DNA of 64,000 nt, taken from positions 25,637 through 89,636 of the forward strand of contig CAVTHI010000001.1 of the NCBI GenBank assembly GCA_963734525.1. The letters run 5' to 3'. Numbering within the stretch: the first letter of the stretch is position 1; each line of letters begins with the position of its first letter. Origin of the DNA: an uncultured archaeon (lineage in GTDB: Archaea > Micrarchaeota > Micrarchaeia > Anstonellales > Bilamarchaeaceae). The notes below the pieces were generated by a model, which did no database searches, was not told the origin of the DNA, and was given only the letters and a program-made list of their open reading frames with translations. This document shows positions 29,243 to 39,939 of this stretch, one piece after another. Position numbers and translations under genes: made by a program.

Positions 29243-29449
29243 TCACAATATTTCCATGGAATTTTTTTTGGGGATTTTCGTTAACATGACACGTTTGTTT
29301 TTTGATTCCCCCAAAGCCTTTTTGTAGACGTCCGTGGCATTAGGCCCAGACGCTATAAGATTACCTTTGAAAATAGCTACCCACATACCCTGAAAATTAG
29401 ATAAATCCATTGATAGATAAGCATGATAATTCTTTGAGATGGACGTCAA
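29243..29449 (-). CDS. small hypothetical protein (68 aa) immediately upstream of retropepsin-like gene
   Basis: ORF 4 nt upstream of the protease gene, same strand, same low GC. Confidence 0.4.
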   Translation of the reverse strand: MTSISKNYHAYLSMDLSNFQGMWVAIFKGNLIASGPNATDVYKKALGESKNKRVMLTKIPKKNSMEIL

Positions 29450-29609
29450 AGCATATCACCTTAGTTGATAGTTTCCAGGTAGTATAATAAACTTATAGAC
29501 CTCGTTGTGGCGCATTATTGTGAATTATAGTTATAATTGGTGTCTACTAATATAAAAATCTGTCTTTTTTGGGTATACTTACCACCGAGGGATACTCAGG
29601 AAAAGAAAA

Positions 29610-29787
29610 TGCTCCTGCCGCGATTTGAACGCGGGTTCACAGAGTTCTTCCGCCTTTTAGGAAAAGGCGGCCCAAAACAGGTCTGTCTGCAAATCCTTCG
29701 AGGATTTGCATACAGATTGTTTTTGGGCGCTTTTTTCCAAAAAGCGCTGAGAGTCTGTTGTCCTTGACCGGGCTAGACTACAGAAGC
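29610..29787 (-). tRNA. tRNA-Glu (anticodon CTC) with 103-nt intron at canonical 37/38 position (exons ~29748-29787 and ~29610-29644)
   Basis: hand-folded: acceptor GCTTCTG/CAGGAGC, D-arm GTCT/GGAC, anticodon stem ACAGA/TCTGT split by intron, loop CTCTCA|C, T-arm CCGCG TTCAAAT CGCGG. Confidence 0.65.
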
Positions 29788-30134
29788 TAAGCTTAGCGAC
29801 TAATCATGACAACAAGGGTTTTAAAAGATTAAAGCAGGCCCCTTTTCCTCAGCTCCCCGGCGATTTTCGACGGCGCGGGCCTGCAGTTGCAGCTCCGCGC
29901 ATGCGCAAGGTGCCACTCGACCCTCTGCTCGAACGTCGCCCCCACCGGGATGCGGTTCCTATCGTGCCAAACTGAATTTATCTTTAACACCATTCCCCCA
30001 CCTTGGGAGAATTAGCAAAGGAAGATAGAAAAGGCTATCCGAGCCCCACAAGGCTCGCATGGATTATAACTTAGCCCCGATTTCTCCCCGGCTTCACGCC
30101 GAAGAGAGGGGCTAGGCGGGGATTGTCGCGCGTA

Positions 30135-30998
30135 TTACCTCTTCCTTCTTTTCTGGAGGCGAATCGAGGCTTTTGCGACCCTTGCGGCCCTTATTTTGCT
30201 TCGTGATTTGCGGACCGGCACGCGCGCCTTGCTCGCTTTCTTGATTGTTGAACGCGCGACGCGCTTTTTGGCGGGTTTCGCGGCTTTAGAGCGTTTTGAA
30301 ACGCGAACAGCCTTCTTCGGCGCTTTCCTGGCCGCCGGGACTGCCGGGGACAGGTGGGACATCTCGTCCCTGCCGTGCGAACGGACCGAGTGGATGAGGC
30401 TCCGGACTATGTGCTCGCCCTTCTGGGCGCTAAGCGGATGGCTGTCCGGGCTCTTGCGGGAATCGAAATGCCTTGATTGCTCCTGGAAACGCGGCGGCGG
30501 GAGCATTGCCGATTCCAGGCGCTCGCGGGCTCGCACCGGCATGTCGCGCATGTAGGCGAGGTCGTGGTTGGAAGAGACGGGCTCGATGACGCCGAGGCGC
30601 GGGGCCGCCCCGTCCCTTGACACCGGCCTGAAGTTCAATGCGAGCGCCGAGCGGTCCGACGGGTTCGGCATGAACGGCTTGGCTGAAACCTGCTTCGCGG
30701 GCGCGCGGATGTCCTGCACCGGGTTCCTGCGCATGGCAAGCCGCACAAGCTCGCCGCGCTCGCTTGGTGAAAATGACTGGGTTGCGTTCCGCATCAGTTC
30801 CGGCATGACGTATGCGGCCTCCGGCGTCCCGCCGTAGGTGCCGAGGAATTCAATCATCGCGCACTTGGCGGCCGCAGGCCCGCGCGTTCCGGCCCACTGC
30901 TTCAGTTCGGCCCAGACCTGCCTTGCGCCCTTGCCGCTTGAGGCGATTTCGCGCGCCTCGTTTCTCAAGTCTTCAGGAAAGAATCGCATGGATTGCAT
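30135..30998 (-). CDS. hypothetical protein with extremely basic K/R-rich C-terminal tail
   Basis: 287-aa ORF; last ~70 aa are KAPKKAVRVSKRSKAAKPAKKRVAR... low-complexity basic. Confidence 0.45.
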   Translation of the reverse strand: MQSMRFFPEDLRNEAREIASSGKGARQVWAELKQWAGTRGPAAAKCAMIEFLGTYGGTPEAAYVMPELMRNATQSFSPSERGELVRLAMRRNPVQDIRAPAKQVSAKPFMPNPSDRSALALNFRPVSRDGAAPRLGVIEPVSSNHDLAYMRDMPVRARERLESAMLPPPRFQEQSRHFDSRKSPDSHPLSAQKGEHIVRSLIHSVRSHGRDEMSHLSPAVPAARKAPKKAVRVSKRSKAAKPAKKRVARSTIKKASKARVPVRKSRSKIRAARVAKASIRLQKRRKR

Positions 30999-31061
30999 TC
31001 TCCGCTAAGCTTAATTTATGTATCTGTCCAAGGGACTATGCTTGTTTTGCATAATTGAGGT

Positions 31062-32541
31062 GTGACAATGGATTTCAACAGGGATGTCAAAAAGCCCAGT
31101 TTCAGGAAGATTGACGATTACGTCTGGGAGATAGGCACGGATTACAAGCCGGGCATGCTCGTCCCGGCGCGCATGTTCGCGAGCGAAGCGCTTCTCAACC
31201 ACATGGACAACACGGTCTTCGACCAGATAACCAACGTCGCGACGCTTCCGGGCATCGTGAAATACGCTTACTGCATGCCGGACGGGCACAGCGGCTACGG
31301 GTTCCCGATTGGCGGGGTCGCCGCGATGGACGTCAACGACAACGGCGTCATCTCGCCTGGCGGCATCGGGTTCGACATCAACTGCGGCATGAGGCTCGTC
31401 CGCACGGATTTGACAATCAAGGACGTCCAGCCGCGCCTGAAGGAGCTCGTGGATAAATTGTTCGGGAAGGTCCCGGCAGGCGTCGGCAGCAAGGGATTCG
31501 TCAGGCTGGATGCCGGCGCGTTCCGCAAGGTAATCGAGGAGGGCGCGCCTTGGTGCGTCGACAACGGCTACGGATGGAAGGACGACCTCGAAGCCACCGA
31601 GCTCGGGGGCAGGGACGATGGCGCGGACGAGAAGACAGTTAGCGACAAGGCGGTCGAAAGGGGGAAGGGCCAGATAGGCACGCTGGGGAGCGGCAACCAT
31701 TACCTTGAAATCCAGCATGTGAAGGAGGAGAACATATTCGACAAGGCGCTCGCAAAGAAATGGGGCATCTTCCCGGACCAGATAGTCATCATGTTCCATT
31801 GCGGCTCGCGCGGGTTCGGCCACCAGGTCGCGACGGACTACCTCAACCAGTTCCTCTCGGTCATGGAGAGCAAGTACAAGATCAAGATACTCGACAGGGA
31901 GCTTGCATGCGCCCCGTTCAATTCCCCTGAGGGGCAGGCGTATTTCAAGGCCATGAAGTGCGCGATGAACATGAGCTTCGCGAACAGGCAGACAATCGTC
32001 CACCGCGTGCGCGAGGTGTTCAGCGAAGTCTTCAAGACGGATGCGGAAAAGCTCGGGATGAAACAGGTTTACGACGTCTCGCACAACCGGGCCTCGGTGG
32101 AGAAGCACAGCGTGGACGGGACCATGAAGGAGCTGGTCGTCCACCGCAAGGGCGCGACCGCGGCATACGGCCCGGGCAGGGAAGAGCTTTCCCCAAGGTT
32201 CCGCGACGATGGCCAGCCGGTAATCATCGGCGGGAGCATGGAAACCGGCAGCTACCTGCTTTCAGGCGTCGCAAGCGGCGCGAGCACGTGGTTCACGACA
32301 GCCCACGGCTCAGGCAGGACGATGTCCAGGACGAGGGCCAAGCAGCTCTACCGCGGCGACCAACTGCAGAAGGACATGGAAAAGCGCGGGATTTACGTGA
32401 AGACGAGCTCGTATGCGCGGCCTTGCCGAAGAGGCAGGCGCGGCGTACAAGGACATCGACGAGGTCATCGAGACCACCCACCGGGCGGGGATATCGAACA
32501 AGGTGGCCAAGCTCGTGCCTATAGGGAATGTCAAGGGCTAG
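31062..32541 (+). CDS. rtcB: RNA-splicing ligase RtcB, with one +1 frameshift near 32417
   Basis: [39 protein letters not shown] motifs; alternate frame after tatgcgcgg restores canonical ...[42 protein letters not shown] end. Confidence 0.85.
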
Positions 32542-33502
32542 AGCTCGCGAAGTCGCCCCTCCCAGTGTTGATTGCGAGAGTGGTGGAGCGCTCCAAGACC
32601 GAGCCCCGGATTGCCGCGAATACCGTCGCGGCACTAGGCTCGCATGCGAGGCCGGCGCGATTCGCCACCTTGTAGGCCTCCAGGATTTCATCGTCGGTGA
32701 CATAGCACAGGCAAGCAGTCATTTTCCGGAAAAAGGAGAATGGTGTCACAAGTTTGTCCGCAACACGGCTTTTCTGGGAGACGCGAAAAAATGGGTTCCC
32801 GGCCACGGAGGCGCCCCGTATCCTGGCTATGGAATGCGGATGCTCCCACTGCTCATTTCCGAAAGGGTGGTGACACATGAAGTTGAAATAGAGCTCGCCG
32901 CTGCCGATGGGCATGAAAATCACATCCGCCGTCTCCCGGGCGACCTCTCCGACCAGCCGTACGTACAGGCCGGATTCGGGGGACTGGAAAGTGAGATATT
33001 CCGGGTTTATAAGCGAAACGTGGTCTTTTCCAAAGCGCCCGACCAAAAGCTCGACCTGCTTGCTCCGTGAGAGTATGATGTCAATCAGCTCAGACGGGGG
33101 AAAATAATGGGTTGAAAGATCGAGTTCAAGGACCTCGGACACCTCGGCAAGTTTCCCCTTGATTGCCGGTTCCAGCCCCCTATCCACGAAATTGACGACA
33201 CCGACAACCCGGTCGCCGGTATACCGGTTGTACATATCCGCGATTTTTCCAAGGCTATAGCCGGCGTTGCCATAGGTTATGGAATAGACGACCATGGCGT
33301 TGACAATAGCGCGCTCCGCGTGGAATAGCTCAAGCAGCCGCACGCTCCGGAAATCCTTCATGGTGCCCGTGACGGTGCGGCTACAATCCTTTACCCAGAG
33401 GTCCTCTGTTCTGCAGAAATCCGACAGCAGTGGCGGCGCCCGTATCAGCGGGGCCTTTGGCCTGAGCAGCCGGTGAGGGAATGACGACAACTGGGTAGGC
33501 AT
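32531..33502 (-). CDS. PLP-dependent enzyme, fold type II (threonine synthase / cysteine synthase / TrpB-like)
   Basis: TGTMKDFRS (PLP-Lys SFKDR-like), [22 protein letters not shown] glycine loop, GLACEPSAA. Confidence 0.6.
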   Translation of the reverse strand: MPTQLSSFPHRLLRPKAPLIRAPPLLSDFCRTEDLWVKDCSRTVTGTMKDFRSVRLLELFHAERAIVNAMVVYSITYGNAGYSLGKIADMYNRYTGDRVVGVVNFVDRGLEPAIKGKLAEVSEVLELDLSTHYFPPSELIDIILSRSKQVELLVGRFGKDHVSLINPEYLTFQSPESGLYVRLVGEVARETADVIFMPIGSGELYFNFMCHHPFGNEQWEHPHSIARIRGASVAGNPFFRVSQKSRVADKLVTPFSFFRKMTACLCYVTDDEILEAYKVANRAGLACEPSAATVFAAIRGSVLERSTTLAINTGRGDFASSSP

Positions 33503-33612
33503 ATGTAGATATGTGTTGATAAATGTTTAAAAATAAGTTTAATCGGCCGATTCCAGGAGTTGCACCGCCACCTGGGCGCCGGTTTATAACCAATTGGGCA
33601 GGTGTATCCACT

Positions 33613-34504
33613 ATGGACAGGGTTCCAGTCACAATTATCACAGGCTACCTTGGCGCCGGCAAAACGACGCTGCTCAGGCGGATAGCCGCCCAATCCAGCG
33701 AGTCCGGGATGAAGCTCGCCATCATCATGAACGAATTCGGCGAAATCGCCATAGACAGCAAGGTGGTCGAAGGCAAGGGCATCAGCATAGCCGAGCTTGC
33801 CGGCGGCTGCGTGTGCTGCTCGCTTTCCGGCGAATTCGGCCTAGCGGTGTCGGAACTGCTTGAAACGGCGAAACCGGAATGGATTGTGGTCGAGACGACC
33901 GGCGTCGCCGAGCCCGCCGCGCTCGCTTATGACATCCGGGAAAACATCCCCGAATATCCGGCTGGACTCGATTGTGACGGTAGTGGACGCAGATGCGATG
34001 GCGAGGTTCCCGAGCCTCGGGCACACCGGACGGGAGCAAATCGAGCTTGCGGACATCATAATCATCAACAAGGCGGACCTTGTCGCGGAGGACGCGCTCG
34101 ACCAAGTGAGGCAGGCGGTCAAGATAGCTGAATGGCCGCGCATCGATTGGAGGCTGAGCGGTGCAGGGTGGATACGCCTGCGCTTTTCGGAGTCATGCGC
34201 GATGCGCCCGCACCAAAGCACAAGACGCACAAGGTTTCTTTCGGGCATTTCGATTATTCATCCGACAAGACAGCTGGACCATGCTTCGCTCATCCGCGTC
34301 CTTGAAACGCTCCCGTCCGGGATTTACCGCGCCAAGGGGTTCGCCAGGACGGAAAAGGGCGGCTTCCTCGTGAATTACGTGGCGGGAAGGTTCGAGTTCG
34401 AGGAGCATGCGTGCAGCAGGACCGGGCTGGTTTTCATAGGCAAGGATGCAGGCAGGTTCGAGGAGGGCATCGTCAGGTCGCTCGAATCCGCATCCGCGAC
34501 ATGA
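33613..34504 (+). CDS. CobW/COG0523-family G3E GTPase (metallochaperone-like), with +1 frameshift at CCCC run ~33950
   Basis: GYLGAGKTTLL P-loop, GCVCC metal motif, NKADL; second half in ORF 33860..34504 with GISSF-like C-terminal motif. Confidence 0.75.
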
Positions 34505-34577
34505 TTCGGCCTGCACTGCCTGCACTATAAGGATATAATGATGGGCGAATAACAGGATAACGATGAATTGAAGTGGT

Positions 34578-35012
34578 ATGATGCCTTACAGATTCCTTGA
34601 GGGCCTGACGATGGCTGATATCGCATTCGAGGCGACAGGCGCGACGCTCGAGGAGATGTTCGCCAGCGCCGCCGATGCGGTCACCAACACACAGCTTCAG
34701 GACCTAAGCGAGATAAAGCCGGATATCAGCAAGAAATTCATGCTGAAGGCCGGCGAACCCGAAAGGCTGCTCCACGACTTCCTCCAGGAGCTCATTTTCC
34801 TCAAGGATGCCGAACTGCTCCTTTTCCGCGAATACGATTTGAAGATTTCCAGGGCTGAGGATGGCCTGGTCCTGGCGGCGAGCTTGAAAGGCCAGCAGAT
34901 AGACCAGAAAAAGCACCACCTGCTTGTCGATGTGAAGGCGGTCAGCTGGCACAAGTTCAAGGTCGAAAAAACCGCCCATGGATGGAAAGCGGTAGTCATC
35001 ATAGACGTGTGA
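34578..35012 (+). CDS. archease (RtcB cofactor)
   Basis: N-terminal TMADIAFEATGATLEEMFASAA matching archease HTADI..leelf motif; 144 aa. Confidence 0.7.
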   Translation: MMPYRFLEGLTMADIAFEATGATLEEMFASAADAVTNTQLQDLSEIKPDISKKFMLKAGEPERLLHDFLQELIFLKDAELLLFREYDLKISRAEDGLVLAASLKGQQIDQKKHHLLVDVKAVSWHKFKVEKTAHGWKAVVIIDV

Positions 35013-35053
35013 TTGCACGGGCGCATGATGGCATCCGCAAACTTTGGACCTGC

Positions 35054-35965
35054 TCAGGGAACGAAAACCGTGCCCTTTTTGCCTTCGAGGGCGTCGCGGA
35101 TATCCGTGATGGAGCAGATGATTGCCTTCCCCCCGCCATTTTCCAGGAACCGCAGCGCCGCCTCGACTTTCGGCTTCATGCTGCCCTCGGCGAAATGATT
35201 TTCCGCGAGGTGCTTCCGCGCATCCCGCGCATTTACCCGGCCGAGCGCCCTCTGGGACTTTTTGCCGAAATCCAGGTAGGCGGCATCGATTGATGTCACA
35301 AAAACGAGCAGGTCCGCCTTGATGTTCGATGCGAGGAGCGATGTCGCGGAATCCTTGTCTATCACGGCTTCGAGCCCCTCCCCGCCTTTCGTTATCGGTA
35401 TCCCCCCGCCCCCGACCCCTATCACGACGAACCCTTTTTCGAGCAAGGCGCTTATCGCGTCATGCTCGCGGATTTTGAGGGGCTCCGGCGATGCCACGAA
35501 AAGGCGGTATCCCCGCCCGGCATCCATCTTGTATGCGGTCCCGGGTTGCGGGTTCATGTTTTTTGGCGGCGCATCGAAGAAAGGGCCGATGGGCTTCGAT
35601 GGATTCACAAACGCCTTGTCTTCCTTGTCTACGACGACACGCGTAATCAGGGTGGCCGAATGCAGGCCGGTCATCGAGACCGCGGTCGAGAGGAAATAGC
35701 CTATCTGGCCCTGCGTCATGGCATCCAGCACGTCAAGCGGCATGGGCGCGACCTTGTCCGTCGCCTGCTGCTGGATGAGCAGGTTGCCGACCTGCGGCCC
35801 GTTCCCGTGCGTGAGCACCACCTGGTTCTGCCTGAGTATGGGCTCAAGGCTCGAGATTGCGGATTTGGCGGCAAGGAGCTGCTCTGCCGCGGTCCCCCTG
35901 TCCCCCTTCCTAAGCAGGGCGTTGCCCCCGAGCGCTATGACGATACGCATGAGGCGCTTTTGCAT
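35054..35965 (-). CDS. arcC: carbamate kinase
   Basis: MRIVIALGGNAL N-terminus, THGNGPQVG, VIGVGGGGIP motifs; 303 aa. Confidence 0.85.
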   Translation of the reverse strand: MQKRLMRIVIALGGNALLRKGDRGTAAEQLLAAKSAISSLEPILRQNQVVLTHGNGPQVGNLLIQQQATDKVAPMPLDVLDAMTQGQIGYFLSTAVSMTGLHSATLITRVVVDKEDKAFVNPSKPIGPFFDAPPKNMNPQPGTAYKMDAGRGYRLFVASPEPLKIREHDAISALLEKGFVVIGVGGGGIPITKGGEGLEAVIDKDSATSLLASNIKADLLVFVTSIDAAYLDFGKKSQRALGRVNARDARKHLAENHFAEGSMKPKVEAALRFLENGGGKAIICSITDIRDALEGKKGTVFVP

Positions 35966-36000
35966 GATAGAATAAAAATATCATAGGGTATAACCAACCC

Positions 36001-37315
36001 ATGAAAAGGAACGTGCTCATTCTCGGCGCCGCAGGCAGGGATTTCCATAATTTCAACATGTTTTTCCGGGACAACCCGGAATACAGCGTCGCGGGCTTCA
36101 CCGCCACCCAGATTCCGAATATAGCGGACCGCAGATATCCGCCGGAGCTATCGGGGAAGCTATATCCCAAGGGGATACCGATTTTCGACGAAAGCAGGAT
36201 GGAGGAGCTCATCGTGAAGCACGCAATCGACGAGGTGTATTTCTCGTATTCCGACGTCGCGCAACGAGTATGTCATGCACCTCGCTTCCAGGGCGCAGGC
36301 AAAGGGGGCGAGCTTCGTCCTTCTCGGCCCGCGCGAGACCATGCTGAAAAGCTCGAAGCGCGTCATCGCGGTCACCGCGGTGAGGACGGGGGCCGGCAAA
36401 AGCGCGCTTTCCCGCACGATTACGAAAATCCTCAAGGCGAAGGGCGTCAAATTCGTGGTTATCCGCCACCCGATGCCGTATGGCGACCTCGTGAAGCAGC
36501 GCGTCCAGCGGTTCGCCACCATGGAGGACATGGAAAAGCAGAACTGCACGTTCGAGGAGAGGGAGGAATACGAGCCGCATGTGCGGAACGGCGTCATCGT
36601 GTACGCAGGAATCGACTATGGCGAAATCCTGAGGCAGGCCGAAAAGGAGGCTGACGTAATCGTTTGGGACGGGGGCAACAACGACATGTCGTTCATCAAG
36701 CCGGACCTGCACATAACGATTGCGGATTCGCTGCGGCCCGGCCACGAGCTTTGGTATTACCCGGGCGAGACGAATTTCCGCATGGCGGACATCATAGTCA
36801 TAAACAAGGTGAGCGAGAACCCGATGGACGTCCGGCGCATCCTCAAGAACTGCGAGAAGGCGAACCCGAAGGCGAAAGTCATCGAGACCGACATGGAATT
36901 GACGCCGTCCAGGGAATTCGAGCTTTACGGGAAGAAAACGATAGTCATCGAGGACGGCCCGACTGTGACGCACGGAGGGATGAAATTCGGCGCCGGGTTC
37001 GAATACGCCGCGAGGAACGGGGCGGACATCATAGACCCGAGGCCTTTTGCGGTCGGGAGCATCAAGGAGATATATTCCAAATTCGACAGCATCGGGCTCG
37101 TCGTGCCCTCCATGGGGTATTACGAGAAGCAGATGAAGGACCTGGCCGAGACGATAAACCGGAGCAAGGCCGAAATCGTGGTTTCGGGAACCCCGATAAA
37201 CATCACCAAGCTGCTTAATGTCAACATACCGGTCCTGCACATCGATTTCAACATCAAGGAGCGCACCGGAAGCCTGGATTCGATAGTCGCGAAGTTCCTC
37301 AAGGGAAAGGACTGA
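36001..37315 (+). CDS. P-loop protein of the cyclic 2,3-diphosphoglycerate synthetase / DUF1611-like family, with +1 frameshift ~36261
   Basis: N-terminal VLILGAAGRDFHNFN Rossmann-like domain, then P-loop AVTAVRTGAGKSALS in ORF 36275..37315; junction restores to ...SDVANEYVMHLA... by removing one base after gcg. Confidence 0.55.
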
Positions 37316-37354
37316 AGGCGCAAACGCGAGGGAGCTGCGAGCTGGCTGGGAATA

Positions 37355-37852
37355 TCAGCGGTTCTCCCCCTTGTATTGCCCCTCGTACAGCGTGTTCGCA
37401 TCCTCGGCGAGCCGGATGAAAATCATCTGGCCTATTTTCGCGTTCTTCTTGAACACCGCCCCGTGCTCGTTTCGCACGACAAGCAAGGCCTCGCTCCTGC
37501 CCTCATATCCAGGGTCCCACACGGCGCATTCGAGGGTGACGCCGCAGCGCAGGAGCGACGAGCGCGGGAGGCAGAGCCCGGCGACGTTCTTCGGAATCCT
37601 CACGTATTCGTTGAATATCACCTTGTATGCGCCCATCTTGAGGTGCACGCGGTCGGCTTCCGCGCCGGAATCGAACTGAACGGGCTCGACCGGGCTGATT
37701 TTCCTCTCCTTGTTGTCGAAGTCAATCAGGCCGGCCTCCTTGAACCTGTAGACCTCCTTCAGGGTGATGTCTATCCCGCAGGGCTGGTACTGGCTGCTGT
37801 GCAGGCCCTCGAATATCTTCGCCGCCTCAAGATGCTGCTTCGGGAGAATCAT
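37355..37852 (-). CDS. dCTP deaminase / dUTPase-superfamily protein
   Basis: VWDPGYEGRSEALLV motif; start moved to MILPKQ... because the 38-aa upstream extension is proline-rich and abuts the converging gene. Confidence 0.65.
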   Translation of the reverse strand: MILPKQHLEAAKIFEGLHSSQYQPCGIDITLKEVYRFKEAGLIDFDNKERKISPVEPVQFDSGAEADRVHLKMGAYKVIFNEYVRIPKNVAGLCLPRSSLLRCGVTLECAVWDPGYEGRSEALLVVRNEHGAVFKKNAKIGQMIFIRLAEDANTLYEGQYKGENR

Positions 37853-37902
37853 GGGGCTAATACGCAAGGCAGGTTTATATTTTTGGGGGGAGAGACGAGG
37901 GT

Positions 37903-39357
37903 ATGGCCGCCTATAGGATGTATATCGGGGGGGAATGGGTGGGGGCTGACTCTTATTTCGATTCAATCGACCCCGCGACTGAAAAGGCCATAGCCAGGTT
38001 CCCGCTCGGGGACCAGAGGCACGTGGGGATGGCTGTCGATGCGGCGAAGGACGCGTTCGGGAAATGGTCCAGGATGCCGCCGCCGAAAAGGGGCCTGATT
38101 CTCCAGAGGGCGGCTGAAATCCTCAGGATTGAAAAGGAGAGGCTCGGAAAGCTCGTGGCGACCGAGATGGGGAAGGTGCTGCCGGAAGCCCTCGGCGACG
38201 TGCAGGAGGCAATCGACACATTCGAGTATTTCGCAGGGGAAGGGAGGCGGCTTTACGGCCACACGACGACGAGCGAGCTGAAGGACAAGTTCTGCATGAC
38301 AATCCGGAGGCCGGTCGGCGTCGTCGGGCTGATTACCCCGTGGAACTTCCCGACCGCGATACCTGCATGGAAGCTCGCCCCCGCGCTGGTCTGCGGGAAC
38401 ACCGTCGTGTTCAAGCCAAGCTCGGATACGCCGCTTTGCGCATATGAAATGGTGAAGGTGCTGGTGAAGGCGGGCGTGCCTCCAGGCGTCGTCAATTTCG
38501 TGACCGGGCCGGCATCAACCGTAGGCGAGGCGATTGTTAAGCATCCGGATATATCCGGCCTCTCATTCACAGGCTCGAAGGCAACGGGCGAATGGATAAC
38601 GCGGAACGCCGGCCTCAAGAAGGTCGGCCTGGAACTCGGCGGGAAGAATCCCATAATAGTGATGGACGACGCCAGGCTGGATTTGGCGGTGGACGGGATA
38701 CTCTGGGGCGCGTTCGGGACTACCGGGCAACGCTGCACCGCGACGAGCCGGGTCCTTGCGCACAGGAAAATCAAGCCGAAGATGCTGTCCGCGCTTGTCA
38801 CGCGGGCGAGGATGCTTCGGCTCGGCCCGGGCATCCAGAAGACGAGCGATGTCGGCCCCCTGATAAACAAGGCGGCGCAGGAGAAGGCGGGCAAGTACGT
38901 GGGTATCGGAATAAGCGAGGGCGCGAAACTGCTCTGCGGCGGAAACAAGCCCGCGGGCAGGGGATTCTTCTTCAAGCCGACCATTTTCGACGATGTTCGG
39001 CCGGACATGAGGATAGCGAATGAGGAGATTTTCGGCCCGGTCCTCTCGGTCATAGGCTTCGATACGCTGGATGAGGCGATTGGCATCGCGAATTCGGTCG
39101 AATACGGCCTCAGCTCGTCCATCTACACCGCGGACATCGGGCGCGCGTTCAGGGCGATAGAGGGGATTGAAGCCGGGATAACATATATCAATTCGAGCAC
39201 GATTGGCGCGGAGGTGCATCTCCCGTTCGGCGGCGTGAAGGGCACGGGGCACACGAGGGAGGCGGGCATCCTGGGCTTGGATGAGTTCTCGAACACGAAG
39301 ACGGTCTACATAGACTACTCCGGAAAGCTCCAGAAGGCGCAGATTGACGTTGATTGA
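37903..39357 (+). CDS. NAD(P)+-dependent aldehyde dehydrogenase
   Basis: 484 aa; catalytic Cys (GQRCTA), ELGGKNP Glu motif, FTGS. Confidence 0.85.
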   Translation: MAAYRMYIGGEWVGADSYFDSIDPATEKAIARFPLGDQRHVGMAVDAAKDAFGKWSRMPPPKRGLILQRAAEILRIEKERLGKLVATEMGKVLPEALGDVQEAIDTFEYFAGEGRRLYGHTTTSELKDKFCMTIRRPVGVVGLITPWNFPTAIPAWKLAPALVCGNTVVFKPSSDTPLCAYEMVKVLVKAGVPPGVVNFVTGPASTVGEAIVKHPDISGLSFTGSKATGEWITRNAGLKKVGLELGGKNPIIVMDDARLDLAVDGILWGAFGTTGQRCTATSRVLAHRKIKPKMLSALVTRARMLRLGPGIQKTSDVGPLINKAAQEKAGKYVGIGISEGAKLLCGGNKPAGRGFFFKPTIFDDVRPDMRIANEEIFGPVLSVIGFDTLDEAIGIANSVEYGLSSSIYTADIGRAFRAIEGIEAGITYINSSTIGAEVHLPFGGVKGTGHTREAGILGLDEFSNTKTVYIDYSGKLQKAQIDVD

Positions 39358-39366
39358 GGTGTCCAT

Positions 39367-39897
39367 ATGAAAGAAGCGGCCAAGCTTTTCGTCATGCAGC
39401 TCCAGTACGGGGGCATACCTGAAGGCATATACCATTACCTGCAGGAGCATGAAAAGAGGATGCTCATAGAGAAGGACGGCCGGTTCTTCCTGAGCGATGC
39501 GGAAAGGAAGCGGATAAAGGTCGTGCTGACTGGGGGCGTGTTCGACGTGCTCCACATAGGGCATATCGTGACGCTCACCGAGGCGAAAAAGCACGGCGAC
39601 GTGCTCATAGTGGCCATCGCGCGCAACGAGCACATCAGGAAGAAGGGCAGGGAGCCTATCCACGACGTGGAATACCGGAAAATCATGGTCGAATGCCTCA
39701 AGCCGGTGGACATGGCCATCGAGGGGTTCGAGGACCAGAAGAGGATGCTCGCGCTGGTGAAGCCGGACGTCATCGTCTACGGGTACGACCAGAAGGATTC
39801 CGTCCGGCCCGCGGGCGTCGAAATCGTGAAGCTCGAGCGCAGGATCGACGACTCGAAGTTCAAGACAGGGAAGATTCTCGAGCAGCTCGGCCTCTGA
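39367..39897 (+). CDS. cytidylyltransferase-like nucleotidyltransferase (RibL-type FAD synthase-like)
   Basis: VVLTGGVFDVLHIGH (T/H)xGH motif; 176 aa. Confidence 0.6.
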   Translation: MKEAAKLFVMQLQYGGIPEGIYHYLQEHEKRMLIEKDGRFFLSDAERKRIKVVLTGGVFDVLHIGHIVTLTEAKKHGDVLIVAIARNEHIRKKGREPIHDVEYRKIMVECLKPVDMAIEGFEDQKRMLALVKPDVIVYGYDQKDSVRPAGVEIVKLERRIDDSKFKTGKILEQLGL

Positions 39898-39939
39898 GGA
39901 AGGGATTAGGGTAAATTTATAAATTTGCCATGAGTTTTC

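Larger units (their letters stand above)
28571..29600. other. low-GC islet (~38% GC vs ~60% background), putatively horizontally acquired, abutting tRNA-Glu 3' end
   Basis: abrupt composition shift; contains only the two genes below; no integrase present. Confidence 0.5.
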
